A stretch of 64,000 nt of DNA from an uncultured Pelagibacteraceae bacterium (GCA_902580335.1 CACHKE010000004.1:26112-90111); one strand, 5' to 3'; numbered from the stretch's first letter, positions 13,905-24,049 are shown. Notes: a model not told the origin generated them from the letters alone. Translations and numbers: made by a program.

Positions 13905-15296
13905 ATGAATATTATAATTTGTGGCGCAGGAAGAGTAGGTTTTACTATTGCTAAATTACTTAGCGAACAAGGACACTCTATTACTGTAATTGATCAATCA
14001 AGTGAGGACATACAAAAAATTAATGACTCACTTGATGTAAAAGCGATAGTTGGTAAAGCTACCTATCCTTCAATACTTGAGAAAGCCAATGCGACTGAAA
14101 CTGATATGATAATTGCAGTCACAAGAAATGATGAAATTAATATGTTAATTTGTCAGATAGCATTTTCTATTTTTAATATTCCCAAAAAAATTGCAAGAAT
14201 AAGATCTCAAGATTACTTAAATCCAAAATTTACAAGAGTTTATAACAAAGAAAACTTACCAATTGATGTTATAATTTCACCAGAAATCGAAATCGCAAGG
14301 TCAATACAGAGAAAATTAGAGGCACCAGGTGCTCTTGATAGTGTTCCATTTGCAAAAAACCAAATCAGACTTTTAGAAATATTAATTAAAGATAATTGTA
14401 AATTAATTGGAATAAAACTTAATGAATTAACTAATAAATTTCCAAACTTAGATGCAAATATAATTGCAGTTATCAGAGAGGAAAAATCTTTCATTCCAAA
14501 AAAAACAGATCAAATAGAGAAAAATGATAAAATTTATGCAATAATAAACTCATCACAAATGGCAGAAACTTTAGAGGCATTTGGGCATAAAGAGAAAATA
14601 TCAAAAAAAATTTTGATTATAGGCGGAGGTAATATTGGCTACAATCTCGCAAAAAATATAGAGGATACATTAGAAGGCGTTAGAGTAAAGATTGTTGAGA
14701 AAGATAAATTACGATCCGAGTTTCTAGCCAAAGAATTAAATAATACAATTGTAATAAATGGAAATGGTTTAGATGAAGAAGTTTTATCAGAGGCAAATTT
14801 AGATGAAGCAGAAACTGTTTTAGCACTCACTAATGATGATGAAGATAATTTAATGGTAAGTGTTCTTGTTGAAAAATTCGCTAAAGATCAAAAAAATATT
14901 GATGATAAAAGAACAATGGCTTTAATTAATAAACCCAATTATTCTCTATTACAGTCATCTTTAAAAATTGATGATTTAATTGATCCAAGAATGAATACTG
15001 TTTCCAGTATATTAAAACATATTCATAAAGGAACTATTGAAAATGCTTATACGATATCTAATGGTGAGTACGAAGTAATTGAAGCTGAGATCATAGAGTC
15101 ATCTGAACTTTTAAGCAAAGAATTAAAAAATTCAAATTTACCAGAGGAAATTAGAATTGGGGCTGTCCTAAGAAATAAGAAGGTAATAATTCCAAAATCT
15201 GATTTTATTTTTCAAAAAGACGATCAGATTGTTTTAATTGTTAAGAAGGACACAGTTGGGGTTGTAGAAAATCTTTTTAGACTTAGTTCTGTTTAA
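13905..15296 (+). CDS. trkA: Trk potassium uptake protein TrkA (start moved to ATG 13905)
   Basis: MNIIICGAGRVG and IIGGGNIG RCK domains. Confidence 0.95.
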   Translation: MNIIICGAGRVGFTIAKLLSEQGHSITVIDQSSEDIQKINDSLDVKAIVGKATYPSILEKANATETDMIIAVTRNDEINMLICQIAFSIFNIPKKIARIRSQDYLNPKFTRVYNKENLPIDVIISPEIEIARSIQRKLEAPGALDSVPFAKNQIRLLEILIKDNCKLIGIKLNELTNKFPNLDANIIAVIREEKSFIPKKTDQIEKNDKIYAIINSSQMAETLEAFGHKEKISKKILIIGGGNIGYNLAKNIEDTLEGVRVKIVEKDKLRSEFLAKELNNTIVINGNGLDEEVLSEANLDEAETVLALTNDDEDNLMVSVLVEKFAKDQKNIDDKRTMALINKPNYSLLQSSLKIDDLIDPRMNTVSSILKHIHKGTIENAYTISNGEYEVIEAEIIESSELLSKELKNSNLPEEIRIGAVLRNKKVIIPKSDFIFQKDDQIVLIVKKDTVGVVENLFRLSSV

Positions 15297-15299
15297 TTA

Positions 15300-16706
15300 A
15301 TGTCAAAACTTCAGACTAAATATTTAAGTTTTTTTTTTGGTATTGTTTCAATACTTTCTTTTTTCAATATTCTATATTCTTATTATTTTAATTTATATTT
15401 AAATCTGGATACTTATTATTTTACTTTAGTTATCTCATTAATTTTATTTATAACCTTTTTCAAATTTGGAAAATATAATATCAAATCTAATATTTTTCAA
15501 AAAATACTAACAATATTTTTAGGTTATTTATTAATACCTTTAGTTTTATCTATTCCATTTTATTTTAGTATTTACAATTTAACTTTTTCTAACTCTTTTT
15601 TTGAATCAATATCTGGATTTACATCAACTGGTTTCACAATATTTGATGATATAAAATTGATTGACCAAAGTTTAATCATTTGGAGGTCTTCTACTCAATG
15701 GATAGGTGGTCTTTATTTCTTATTTTCTATAATTTATTTAATTGATATTTACGATGAAAGTTTTAAAAAAACTTTAACAAATTATATATCTTATAATAGT
15801 ACAGAAATTTTAAAACAAGCAGCTAAAATTTTCATTTTATATTCATCATTGACTGTATCGATATTTATAATTTTAAATATTTTTTCTATAAGAACATTTG
15901 ACTCTCTAAACCTTGCATTAACTATAATCTCATCAGGTGGTTTTTTACCTGTTAATGAATTATCAATGATAATTAGAGATAATACTCAAGTAATAATGTT
16001 TTCGTTATTGATGCTATTATCTTTTTTTAGTCTTTTTTTTTCATACAATTTAGTTTTTTTAAGAAAAAAAAATATAAATTTTTTTTATGAAGATCTTCCC
16101 TTATTTATTTATTTAGTTGTCGTAGTCACTATTTTTTTTCTTTTTTTTAGTTTTAATTATGATTTTTTTATTAATCTTTTTGCAATAATTAGCAGTATGA
16201 CGAATATCGGTTTTTCTGTTAGTCCAGGTCAGGATAATTTAACCTTTATATTCTTAATTTTAGTAATAATAGGTGGATCTTTTTTTTCGACAAGCTCTGG
16301 CTTAAGGTTTGTAAAGATCTACTCATTATTCAAGTTTTCTCTTAATCAAATACTATCCTTTAGCAAACCAAAAAATGTTTTTATGAATAAGTTAATGTTT
16401 ACAAAAATTAATTTTAATCTTGAAGATATAAATAAATATTTTTTAACAATTATTATATTCATTTTGTCTTTATTTATATTAACCTCTTTGTTAAGTTTAA
16501 GTGGAATAACATTTGTTAATTCAATTAAATTATCAATTTTAACTTTAATGAATACTGTGAATTCTTCAATTTATGGTTTAGAAAATTTTGATTTTAATAA
16601 CCTTGAATTTTTCACTAAGTATTGTCTTATTTTCTTTATGATTGTAGGTAGAATTGAGTTATTAACAATTTTACTTCTAATTAAAAAATTCCTTTTTAAA
16701 AATTAA
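15300..16706 (+). CDS. trkH: TrkH family K+ permease (divergent)
   Basis: FFESISGFTSTG, QWIGG, MIVGRIE; follows trkA. Confidence 0.88.
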   Translation: MSKLQTKYLSFFFGIVSILSFFNILYSYYFNLYLNLDTYYFTLVISLILFITFFKFGKYNIKSNIFQKILTIFLGYLLIPLVLSIPFYFSIYNLTFSNSFFESISGFTSTGFTIFDDIKLIDQSLIIWRSSTQWIGGLYFLFSIIYLIDIYDESFKKTLTNYISYNSTEILKQAAKIFILYSSLTVSIFIILNIFSIRTFDSLNLALTIISSGGFLPVNELSMIIRDNTQVIMFSLLMLLSFFSLFFSYNLVFLRKKNINFFYEDLPLFIYLVVVVTIFFLFFSFNYDFFINLFAIISSMTNIGFSVSPGQDNLTFIFLILVIIGGSFFSTSSGLRFVKIYSLFKFSLNQILSFSKPKNVFMNKLMFTKINFNLEDINKYFLTIIIFILSLFILTSLLSLSGITFVNSIKLSILTLMNTVNSSIYGLENFDFNNLEFFTKYCLIFFMIVGRIELLTILLLIKKFLFKN

Positions 16707-16738
16707 TTTATTATTGTATATGTAATGAAATATTTATT

Positions 16739-16815
16739 GCGCCCTTAGCTCAGCTGGATAGAGCATCGGTTTTCTAAACCGAGGGTCGTAGGTTCGAATC
16801 CTTCAGGGCGCGCCA
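16739..16815 (+). tRNA. tRNA-Arg(UCU)
   Basis: GCGCCCT/AGGGCGC acceptor stem, anticodon arm TCGGT-TT-TCT-AA-ACCGA, GGTTCGAATCC, encoded CCA. Confidence 0.97.
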
Positions 16816-16953
16816 GAAATCAATTTTTAAGTGGTTTTTTTATATTATTATTATCTTGACTAGAATTTCACCAGGTCAAAAAACATAATAAATTCTTCTT
16901 GAAGAGTATTTTCGAAAATGCTTAAATTACGAATATTCAAAAGTAATTTTGAA

Positions 16954-16971
16954 TTATTTGTTAACAAATAA
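16954..16971. promoter_or_regulatory. Perfect 18-bp palindrome TTATTTGTTAACAAATAA just upstream of the aapJ RBS; candidate operator
   Basis: Exact inverted repeat about 10 bp before AGGAAG. Confidence 0.5.
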
Positions 16972-16990
16972 ATAAACAATAGGAAGAAAT

Positions 16991-18031
16991 ATGTTTAAAT
17001 ACTTAAAACAATTAACTTCTTTAGTCGCTATGGTTGCTGTGTTGTTCACTTTTACAACAGAGTCTATGGCTGCTAAAAAATCTAAAACACTTAAAAACAC
17101 TCAAAAGAAAGGTTTTGTAAGATGTGGAGTATCTCAAGGTCTTCCAGGGTTTTCTAACGCTGATGCTGCAGGAAATTGGACTGGTATTGACGTTGATGTA
17201 TGTAGAGCAGTAGCCGCTGCAGTACTAGGTGATGCAAACAAAGTTAAGTTTACACCATTAAGTGCGAAAGAAAGGTTTACAGCTTTAACTTCTGGTGAGA
17301 TTGATATCTTATCAAGAAACACAACTTGGACACTTTCTAGAGATGCTGATATCGGACTTACTTTCGTAGGTGTAAACTTTTATGATGGACAAGGTTTCAT
17401 GGTAAGAAAAAGTTCTGGTATTACTTCAACAAGCCAATTCAAAGATGGTATCTCAGCTTGTACTAACATTGGTACAACAACTGAATTAAATATGAGAGAC
17501 TTCTTTAACTCTAAAGGGATCAAATATGAACCAGTTGCTTTTGAAAAAGCTGATGAAGTTGTAGCTGCTTATGATGCAGGTAGATGTGATACTTACACTA
17601 CTGATAAATCTGGTCTTGCTGCACAGAGAACAAAAATGTCTAATCCAGATGAACACATTGTGTTACCTGAAACTGTTTCAAAGGAACCATTAGGTCCTGT
17701 TGTGAGACAAGGTGATTCTGTGTGGGAAGATATCGTAAGATGGTCATTAAATACTATGATCGAAGCAGAAGAATACGGTATTACATCAGCAAATGCAGAT
17801 ATGATGAAAACTTCTGATAACCCAGCTATTAAAAGATTAGTTGGAGCAGAAGGTGAATTAGGTGCTGCTTTTGGTCTAGATAACGACTGGAGTCTAAGAA
17901 TTATCAAGCAAGTTGGTAATTATGGTGAAAGCTATAAAAGAAATATAGCTGACACTGGAATTTTACCTGATAGAGGTCCAAATGAGTTATGGACTAAGGG
18001 TGGAATTCTTTACGTACCACCTGCAAGATAA
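16991..18031 (+). CDS. aapJ: General L-amino acid ABC transporter substrate-binding protein
   Basis: Signal peptide, CGVSQGLPGFS, LSRNTTWT, SKEPLGP, VGNYGE. Confidence 0.95.
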   Translation: MFKYLKQLTSLVAMVAVLFTFTTESMAAKKSKTLKNTQKKGFVRCGVSQGLPGFSNADAAGNWTGIDVDVCRAVAAAVLGDANKVKFTPLSAKERFTALTSGEIDILSRNTTWTLSRDADIGLTFVGVNFYDGQGFMVRKSSGITSTSQFKDGISACTNIGTTTELNMRDFFNSKGIKYEPVAFEKADEVVAAYDAGRCDTYTTDKSGLAAQRTKMSNPDEHIVLPETVSKEPLGPVVRQGDSVWEDIVRWSLNTMIEAEEYGITSANADMMKTSDNPAIKRLVGAEGELGAAFGLDNDWSLRIIKQVGNYGESYKRNIADTGILPDRGPNELWTKGGILYVPPAR

Positions 18032-18049
18032 TTGCATATTTAAATGATT

Positions 18050-18082
18050 AAAAAGGGCTAGATTTTTCTAGCCCTTTTTTTT
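18050..18082 (+). terminator. Intrinsic terminator/intercistronic hairpin after aapJ
   Basis: AAAAAGGGCTAGA-TTTT-TCTAGCCCTTTTTTTT. Confidence 0.88.
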
Positions 18083-18106
18083 ATAAGCTTCTATATTATT
18101 TCCATC

Positions 18107-19258
18107 GTGAATTTTAAACTTAAAGATATTGTTCCACAATTAATTACAGTTACTGTTGTCGTATTAGTCTTTGGTTTTTTTACCTACAACGCTCAGATTA
18201 ATATGGAAAATAGAGGTATTGATTTTGGTTATGGGTTTTTATCACAAGAGTCCTCTTTTGATGTACAATTTTCATTGATAGAGTATGATGGTTCACACTC
18301 GTATTTTAGAGCTTATTTAGTCGGTTTGTTAAATACAATTCTAGTTTCCGTTATTGGCATTATAATTGCAACTATTCTTGGTGTAATAGTTGGCGTAGCA
18401 AGGTTATCTCCTAATTATTTAATAAATAAATTTGCAGCTTTTTATGTTGAATTTTTTAGAAACATACCATTGTTACTTCAAATATTTTTTTGGTATTTTG
18501 CTGCATTAAGAGCTCTACCGCTTCCACAAGACGCAGAAGCAATTTTTGGTGTTTTCTTCTTAACTATTAAAGGTCTATATGTTCCAGCTTTTATTTGGCA
18601 AAATTTTAGTGTTTTCTTTAATTCAATAGTTGCAGCAATAATTGCAATAATTGTAATTCGTATTTATGCTAAAAGAGTTCAAGAAAACCAAGGAAAACAA
18701 ATACCAGTATTTTTAATATCAATAGGATTAATATTTATTTTACCTCTTTTAAGTTTTTTGATTGGTGGCGTAGGTATTTCATTTGAGGTTCCTGTTTTAA
18801 AACAATTAGCTACAACTTCCTTCATTTATGAGGGAGGTGTAAGTTTACCTCCAGAGTTAATTGCTCTTACTTTATCTTTATCACTGTACACAGCTACTTT
18901 TATTGCTGAATGTGTAAGGGCAGGTATTCAAGGTGTTGGAAAAGGACAAAAAGAGGCTGCAGCATCTATAGGATTAACTCCAAATCAGGTACTCAAACTT
19001 GTAATTATGCCTCAAGCTTTAAGAATAATAATTCCACCAACAACAAACCAATATTTAAATTTAACAAAAAACTCCTCATTAGCAGCAGCTATTGCATATC
19101 CAGATTTAGTTTTAGTATTCGCAGGGACTGCATTAATGCAAACTGGTAAAGCTATTGAAATAGTTTCTATAACCATGTTTACTTATTTAACTTTGAGTAT
19201 CTCAATTTCACTTTTAATGAATTGGTACAACAAAAAAATTGCCATACAGGAAAAATGA
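18107..19258 (+). CDS. aapQ: Amino acid ABC permease
   Basis: FRNIPLLLQ, EAA motif, QYLNLTKNSSL; GTG start. Confidence 0.93.
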   Translation: MNFKLKDIVPQLITVTVVVLVFGFFTYNAQINMENRGIDFGYGFLSQESSFDVQFSLIEYDGSHSYFRAYLVGLLNTILVSVIGIIIATILGVIVGVARLSPNYLINKFAAFYVEFFRNIPLLLQIFFWYFAALRALPLPQDAEAIFGVFFLTIKGLYVPAFIWQNFSVFFNSIVAAIIAIIVIRIYAKRVQENQGKQIPVFLISIGLIFILPLLSFLIGGVGISFEVPVLKQLATTSFIYEGGVSLPPELIALTLSLSLYTATFIAECVRAGIQGVGKGQKEAAASIGLTPNQVLKLVIMPQALRIIIPPTTNQYLNLTKNSSLAAAIAYPDLVLVFAGTALMQTGKAIEIVSITMFTYLTLSISISLLMNWYNKKIAIQEK

Positions 19259-20700
19259 TGTCAAAAATAAATTTTTTAAGACCTGATAAAAATAATCTAA
19301 ATACTTTCTTATACTTAGGTTCTTTTTTATTTTTTATCAGCGTATTGGATGTTTTTTTAAATTCATTTTTTAGTTTAAATTTAACTGGTTTTTTACCTAG
19401 TTTTTTAAGTTTTTTATTACCATTAATATTAGGTTTTATTGGACTTTATTTTATAAGAATAGAATTTAGCGGAATAAAACAATTAGATCTTTTAAACAAA
19501 CATATAAATACCAACAACTTTAATGCAATTCTTTCATTACTGATTATATTTGTAATCATTAAATCTATACCACCAATTCTTAGCTGGTTTGTAATAGATG
19601 CCAGTTTTGCAGGAGATACCAAAGATGTTTGTACAGGTTCAGGAGCATGCTGGACATACATTAAAGTTTGGATGAGAAGATTTATGTATGGGATGTATCC
19701 AAATGCTGAGCAATGGAGAATAAATTTATCATTTATAGCCTTAGTATTAATGGGTTCGGTTGGTTATTTTGCAACTGACAAATTTAAGAAATATTTAACA
19801 CTTTACTATGTTGTTATTTATCCTCTGATTGCATTTTTATTTATCTTTTTCTTTATATCCGGTGGTCCCGTATTTTTTGATTTTTCATATGGGATTATTG
19901 CAGCTATCTTATCTATTATTGTGGGATTTTTTATACCGCCTAAATATAAATTCTATTATTTTTTAATTGTACCTTTAACTCTTTATATAACTTTGAAGTA
20001 TTTTATATTTTTTGAGGAATATATTGAGTTAGGTAAATTAGATGGCCTAAATTGGGTAGAGACAGGTGCCTGGGGAGGATTGTCTTTAACATTTATAATA
20101 TCTTTTTTCTGCTTAATTTTCTGTTTTCCAATAGGTATGGCATTTGCTCTTGGAAGAAGATCAGGCTTTCCATTAATAAGATATATCTCTGTTGGTTTTA
20201 TTGAATTTTGGAGAGGTGTACCTTTAATAACAGTTTTATTTATGTCCGCTGTAATGTTTCCTATGTTTTTACCAGAAGATTTCTTCATTGATAAATTGGT
20301 GAGAGCGATAATTGCTATTTCATTATTTGAAGCTGCTTATGTAGCAGAGGTCATACGTGGTGGATTACAAGCTTTACCAAGAGGTCAATACGAGGCTGCA
20401 AAATCTTTAGGTATGGGATATTGGAAAATGCATATATTTGTAATTCTCCCCCAGGCACTAAAACTTGTAATTCCTGGAATTGCAAATACATTTTTAGCTT
20501 TGGTTAAGGATACACCTTTAATATTTGTTGTAGGTCTCCTAGAAATAGTTGGAATGTTAAATCTAGCAAAAACTAATCCAAAATGGTTAGGTTTTGCAAT
20601 GGAAGGTTATGTTTTTGCAGCAATAATTTTCTGGATTATTTGTTATGCAATGAGTAAATATAGTTATAATTTAGAACAAAAATATAAAACAGATAGATAA
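19255..20700 (+). CDS. aapM: Amino acid ABC permease (start moved to the ATG overlapping the aapQ stop)
   Basis: GACW, WGGL, RGVPLITVL, RGGLQALPRGQYEAA. Confidence 0.92.
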   Translation: MMSKINFLRPDKNNLNTFLYLGSFLFFISVLDVFLNSFFSLNLTGFLPSFLSFLLPLILGFIGLYFIRIEFSGIKQLDLLNKHINTNNFNAILSLLIIFVIIKSIPPILSWFVIDASFAGDTKDVCTGSGACWTYIKVWMRRFMYGMYPNAEQWRINLSFIALVLMGSVGYFATDKFKKYLTLYYVVIYPLIAFLFIFFFISGGPVFFDFSYGIIAAILSIIVGFFIPPKYKFYYFLIVPLTLYITLKYFIFFEEYIELGKLDGLNWVETGAWGGLSLTFIISFFCLIFCFPIGMAFALGRRSGFPLIRYISVGFIEFWRGVPLITVLFMSAVMFPMFLPEDFFIDKLVRAIIAISLFEAAYVAEVIRGGLQALPRGQYEAAKSLGMGYWKMHIFVILPQALKLVIPGIANTFLALVKDTPLIFVVGLLEIVGMLNLAKTNPKWLGFAMEGYVFAAIIFWIICYAMSKYSYNLEQKYKTDR

Positions 20701-20706
20701 ACAATT

Positions 20707-21441
20707 ATGTCAGATAGCATCATCCAAATTAATAATATGAACAAATGGTTTGGTGACTTTCAAGTTTTAAAAAAGATTAATTTAAAGGTTAAACCTAAAG
20801 AAAAAATTGTAGTATGTGGTCCATCAGGATCAGGAAAATCAACTTTGATTAGATGCATCAATAGATTAGAGGAACATCAAGAGGGGAATATTATTGTTGA
20901 TGGAACTGAATTAACAGAGGATACAAAAAATATTGAGCAAATAAGAGCTGAAGTTGGTATGGTATTTCAACAATTTAATTTATTTCCCCATTTATCAATT
21001 TTAGATAATTGTACATTAGCTCCTATTTGGGTAAAAAAAATGCCAAAAAAAGAGGCGGAAGAACTAGCATTAAAACATTTAGAAAGAGTACAAATTCTTG
21101 ATCAAGCACAAAAATATCCAGGCCAATTATCTGGAGGACAACAACAAAGAGCTGCAATAGCAAGAGCTTTATGTATGGAGCCAAAAATAATGCTTTTTGA
21201 TGAACCTACATCTGCTTTAGACCCAGAAATGATCAAAGAAGTACTTGATGTAATGGTAAATCTTGCAAAACAAGGTATGACTATGATTGTTGTAACTCAT
21301 GAAATGGGTTTTGCTAAAGAAGTTGCTGATCAAATGATATTTATGGATGAGGGAATGATAGTAGAAAAAGCGGATACTAAGGAATTTTTTGCTAATCCTA
21401 AGAGTGATAGGACTAAACTTTTCCTAAGCCAGATACTATAG
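20707..21441 (+). CDS. aapP: Amino acid ABC ATPase
   Basis: [27 protein letters not shown]. Confidence 0.95.
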   Translation: MSDSIIQINNMNKWFGDFQVLKKINLKVKPKEKIVVCGPSGSGKSTLIRCINRLEEHQEGNIIVDGTELTEDTKNIEQIRAEVGMVFQQFNLFPHLSILDNCTLAPIWVKKMPKKEAEELALKHLERVQILDQAQKYPGQLSGGQQQRAAIARALCMEPKIMLFDEPTSALDPEMIKEVLDVMVNLAKQGMTMIVVTHEMGFAKEVADQMIFMDEGMIVEKADTKEFFANPKSDRTKLFLSQIL

Positions 21442-21604
21442 ATACCAGTAATTTCAAGGAATTTTTCTCAAATTTTACCCTAAGAATTGCTTGACATATT
21501 TTGGGAATACCAGGATTTTCCAAAAAAATAAAAAAATAATATTGTTGCAGTAAAGATTAAAAACTTGTTCAATCTATTTTTAATAAAAATTAAGAGGGGT
21601 CTTA

Positions 21605-21976
21605 ATGGAAGATAATTTTAATAAGCATTTAGGCAATAAGCTTAAGCTTAGAAGGTTAGCTTTAGGTTTAACACAAACAAAAGTAGCAAAAGCAATCAAT
21701 GTCACATTTCAACAAATTCAAAAATATGAAAAAGGAACAAACGGTGTTAGTTCAATTAGATTATTGCAACTTTCAAATTATTTAAAAGTTCCGATTAATT
21801 ATTTTTATGAAGATTTTTCAGAATATTTATTAAATCTAGAAAAATCAAAAGAAGGTTATATAAATTTGAATTATAATTTTTTAGCAAAAATTTATTCAGA
21901 GTTATCTGATAGTCAAAAAATAAAACTAAAAAAAATATTAGACCATGAGAATACTCATGTTTCTAAAGCAGTGTAA
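21605..21976 (+). CDS. XRE-family HTH transcriptional regulator
   Basis: TFQQIQKYEKG motif; RBS GAGGGG; TTGACA upstream at ~21490. Confidence 0.9.
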   Translation: MEDNFNKHLGNKLKLRRLALGLTQTKVAKAINVTFQQIQKYEKGTNGVSSIRLLQLSNYLKVPINYFYEDFSEYLLNLEKSKEGYINLNYNFLAKIYSELSDSQKIKLKKILDHENTHVSKAV

Positions 21977-22094
21977 TTTTATTTAGTTTTCAAATGATTT
22001 AAAGGTTATAAAAATAATATTTATTTCTAGAGTTAGATTATATTGATCGTAATTATATATATTTTATAAGATAATATTTATAATAGTCTAATTA

Positions 22095-23723
22095 ATGCTA
22101 AATATTAATTTTAATTCATACAAACATCCTATAATTTTCGTAATTTTTTTATCTATTTTTGTTTTTGGATTAGTTTCTGTAAAAGATTTCGGCGTTTCAT
22201 CTGACGAGCTGGATCAAAGACACTCAGGATTTATTGAATTAAATTACATTGGAGAAAAATTAATACCAAATATTTTAGAACATTATAAAGGTGACAGAGA
22301 ATATATTGATTTAAATGATGAAAATTATTTAGGAAGATTTTCAGGTCATTTTCTTAATACTGTAAGTGCTTTTCTTGAGGTTATATTTAACATTGAGGAT
22401 ATAAGAAACGTTTTTATTTTTAAGCATTATATATATTTCACTATTTTCTTTTTAAGTTTGATTAGTTTTTATAAAATTTGTCAAATTAGATTTGAAAAAT
22501 GGTATATTTCTATAATAGGTGTTCTTATCATTTTTTTAAGCCCAAGAATTTTAGCAAATAGTTTTTACGATCCAAAAGATATTCCATTTCTTTCAATTCT
22601 AATTTTTTCACTACATTTTGGATTAGTATTTTTTAATAAGATGAATTTTAGAAATATGTTTTATTTTGCTGTCTTTAATGCTTTAGTGATTTCTGGTGTA
22701 AGAATATATGGAGTCATTTCACCAATTTTGGTTATTTCATCAATATTACTTTATAATTTTCTTAATAAAAAAAGTTTAAAAAAAGAATTAATTTTTGTTT
22801 TATATTCAATTTTATTAACTTTATTTTTCTCGATAATAATTAAACCAAATTTGTGGGAAGATCCTATTTCAAATTTTATAAGCTCATTTAAATATTTAAC
22901 TGAATTTGGCCGAGTTTGGGTAGTTCCAAATTTATTTTTTGGAGAAATTGTATTAGCAAAAGATGTTCCTTGGTATTATTCAATTTTATGGATATCAATT
23001 ACGACACCTATTTTCTATTTAATATTATTTATTATTGGGACATTACTATATTTAAAAAATTTTTTTCAATATTTTGTTAAAAATTTTTTTAATAAAAATT
23101 TTTATTTTGATACAATATTTTTTTCAATAATTGTTATTCCTTTAGTGGGCTCAATTATCTTAAGAGAATCATCGTTTAATTCTTGGAGACATTTATATTT
23201 TATTTATCCATATTTTGTAATTTTTTGCTTAATTGCTATTGATTTAATTATAGATTTTTTAAAAAAGAATTCTTTATCATCATATTTTTATTATTTGATA
23301 ATAATAAATTTAGTTATTAATGCAAATTGGATTATTAAAAATCATCCTTTTCAATATTCATATTTTAATATCTTGGCGGGTAAAAATTTAAATCAAAAAT
23401 TTGATATTGATTATTGGGGATTAAGTTTTAAACAAAATCTTGAATATATTTTAGATAATGATGAAAGAAAAAAAATTACTATTGTTTCTAATAGTATTAA
23501 TAAACCTGTTCTTTTTAAAAATTCTTTATCAAAAAATAATCGTAAAAGATTTATTTTTGATCAAAAAAATCCAAGTCCTGATTATATAATTACCAATTTT
23601 TTTTTAGACGATATAAATAAGTATAGAATTTTTGATGATAAATTTATTGAAAAAGAATACTTTGTTTTTTCTGAAATATTAGTTGATGGTGAGTCAATAA
23701 ACACTGTTTTTAAAAAAAAATAA
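22095..23723 (+). CDS. GT-C fold (PMT/ArnT-like) polytopic membrane glycosyltransferase
   Basis: N-terminal D-E loop (SSDE), SPRI, PKDIPF, PWYY, RHLYF and DYWG motifs; many TMs. Confidence 0.7.
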   Translation: MLNINFNSYKHPIIFVIFLSIFVFGLVSVKDFGVSSDELDQRHSGFIELNYIGEKLIPNILEHYKGDREYIDLNDENYLGRFSGHFLNTVSAFLEVIFNIEDIRNVFIFKHYIYFTIFFLSLISFYKICQIRFEKWYISIIGVLIIFLSPRILANSFYDPKDIPFLSILIFSLHFGLVFFNKMNFRNMFYFAVFNALVISGVRIYGVISPILVISSILLYNFLNKKSLKKELIFVLYSILLTLFFSIIIKPNLWEDPISNFISSFKYLTEFGRVWVVPNLFFGEIVLAKDVPWYYSILWISITTPIFYLILFIIGTLLYLKNFFQYFVKNFFNKNFYFDTIFFSIIVIPLVGSIILRESSFNSWRHLYFIYPYFVIFCLIAIDLIIDFLKKNSLSSYFYYLIIINLVINANWIIKNHPFQYSYFNILAGKNLNQKFDIDYWGLSFKQNLEYILDNDERKKITIVSNSINKPVLFKNSLSKNNRKRFIFDQKNPSPDYIITNFFLDDINKYRIFDDKFIEKEYFVFSEILVDGESINTVFKKK

Positions 23724-23727
23724 ATTA

Positions 23728-23803
23728 TGGCTCCTCGGGCAGGACTCGAACCTGCGACCAATTGATTAACAGTCAACTGCTCTACCAACTGAGCTACCGA
23801 GGA
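23728..23803 (-). tRNA. tRNA-Asn(GUU)
   Basis: TCCTCGGTAGCTCAGTTGG...GACTGTTAATC...GGTTCGAGTCC...GGAGCCA on the minus strand. Confidence 0.97.
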
Positions 23804-23851
23804 ATGTAATTAGCAACTTACTTTCTTTTCTTGCTAAAACAAGATTTTTTT

Positions 23852-23925
23852 TGGAGGCAACGCCCGGAATCGAACCGGGATACAAGGATTTGCAATCCTC
23901 TGCGTAACCATTCCGCCACGTTGCC
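23852..23925 (-). tRNA. tRNA-Cys(GCA)
   Basis: GGCAACG...GAGGA-TT-GCA-AA-TCCTT...GGTTCGATTCC...CGTTGCCTCCA; 74 nt. Confidence 0.97.
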
Positions 23926-24049
23926 CTATATTATAGTCAATAGTTACAATTGATTTTATATTAAATTATTTAAATTAGTCTATTAAATAACGTTTTAATT
24001 TGATTATTGTTAATTTAGATTATTAAATTATAAACAAACAATATCCACT

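Noticed and set aside
23582-23788. 68-aa minus-strand ORF
   Set aside because: Translation of tRNA-Asn plus the antisense of the GT-C gene
16739-23925. Prophage or integrative element bounded by the tRNAs
   Set aside because: No integrase, no duplicated tRNA 3' end seen, and the cargo is mostly the core aap operon
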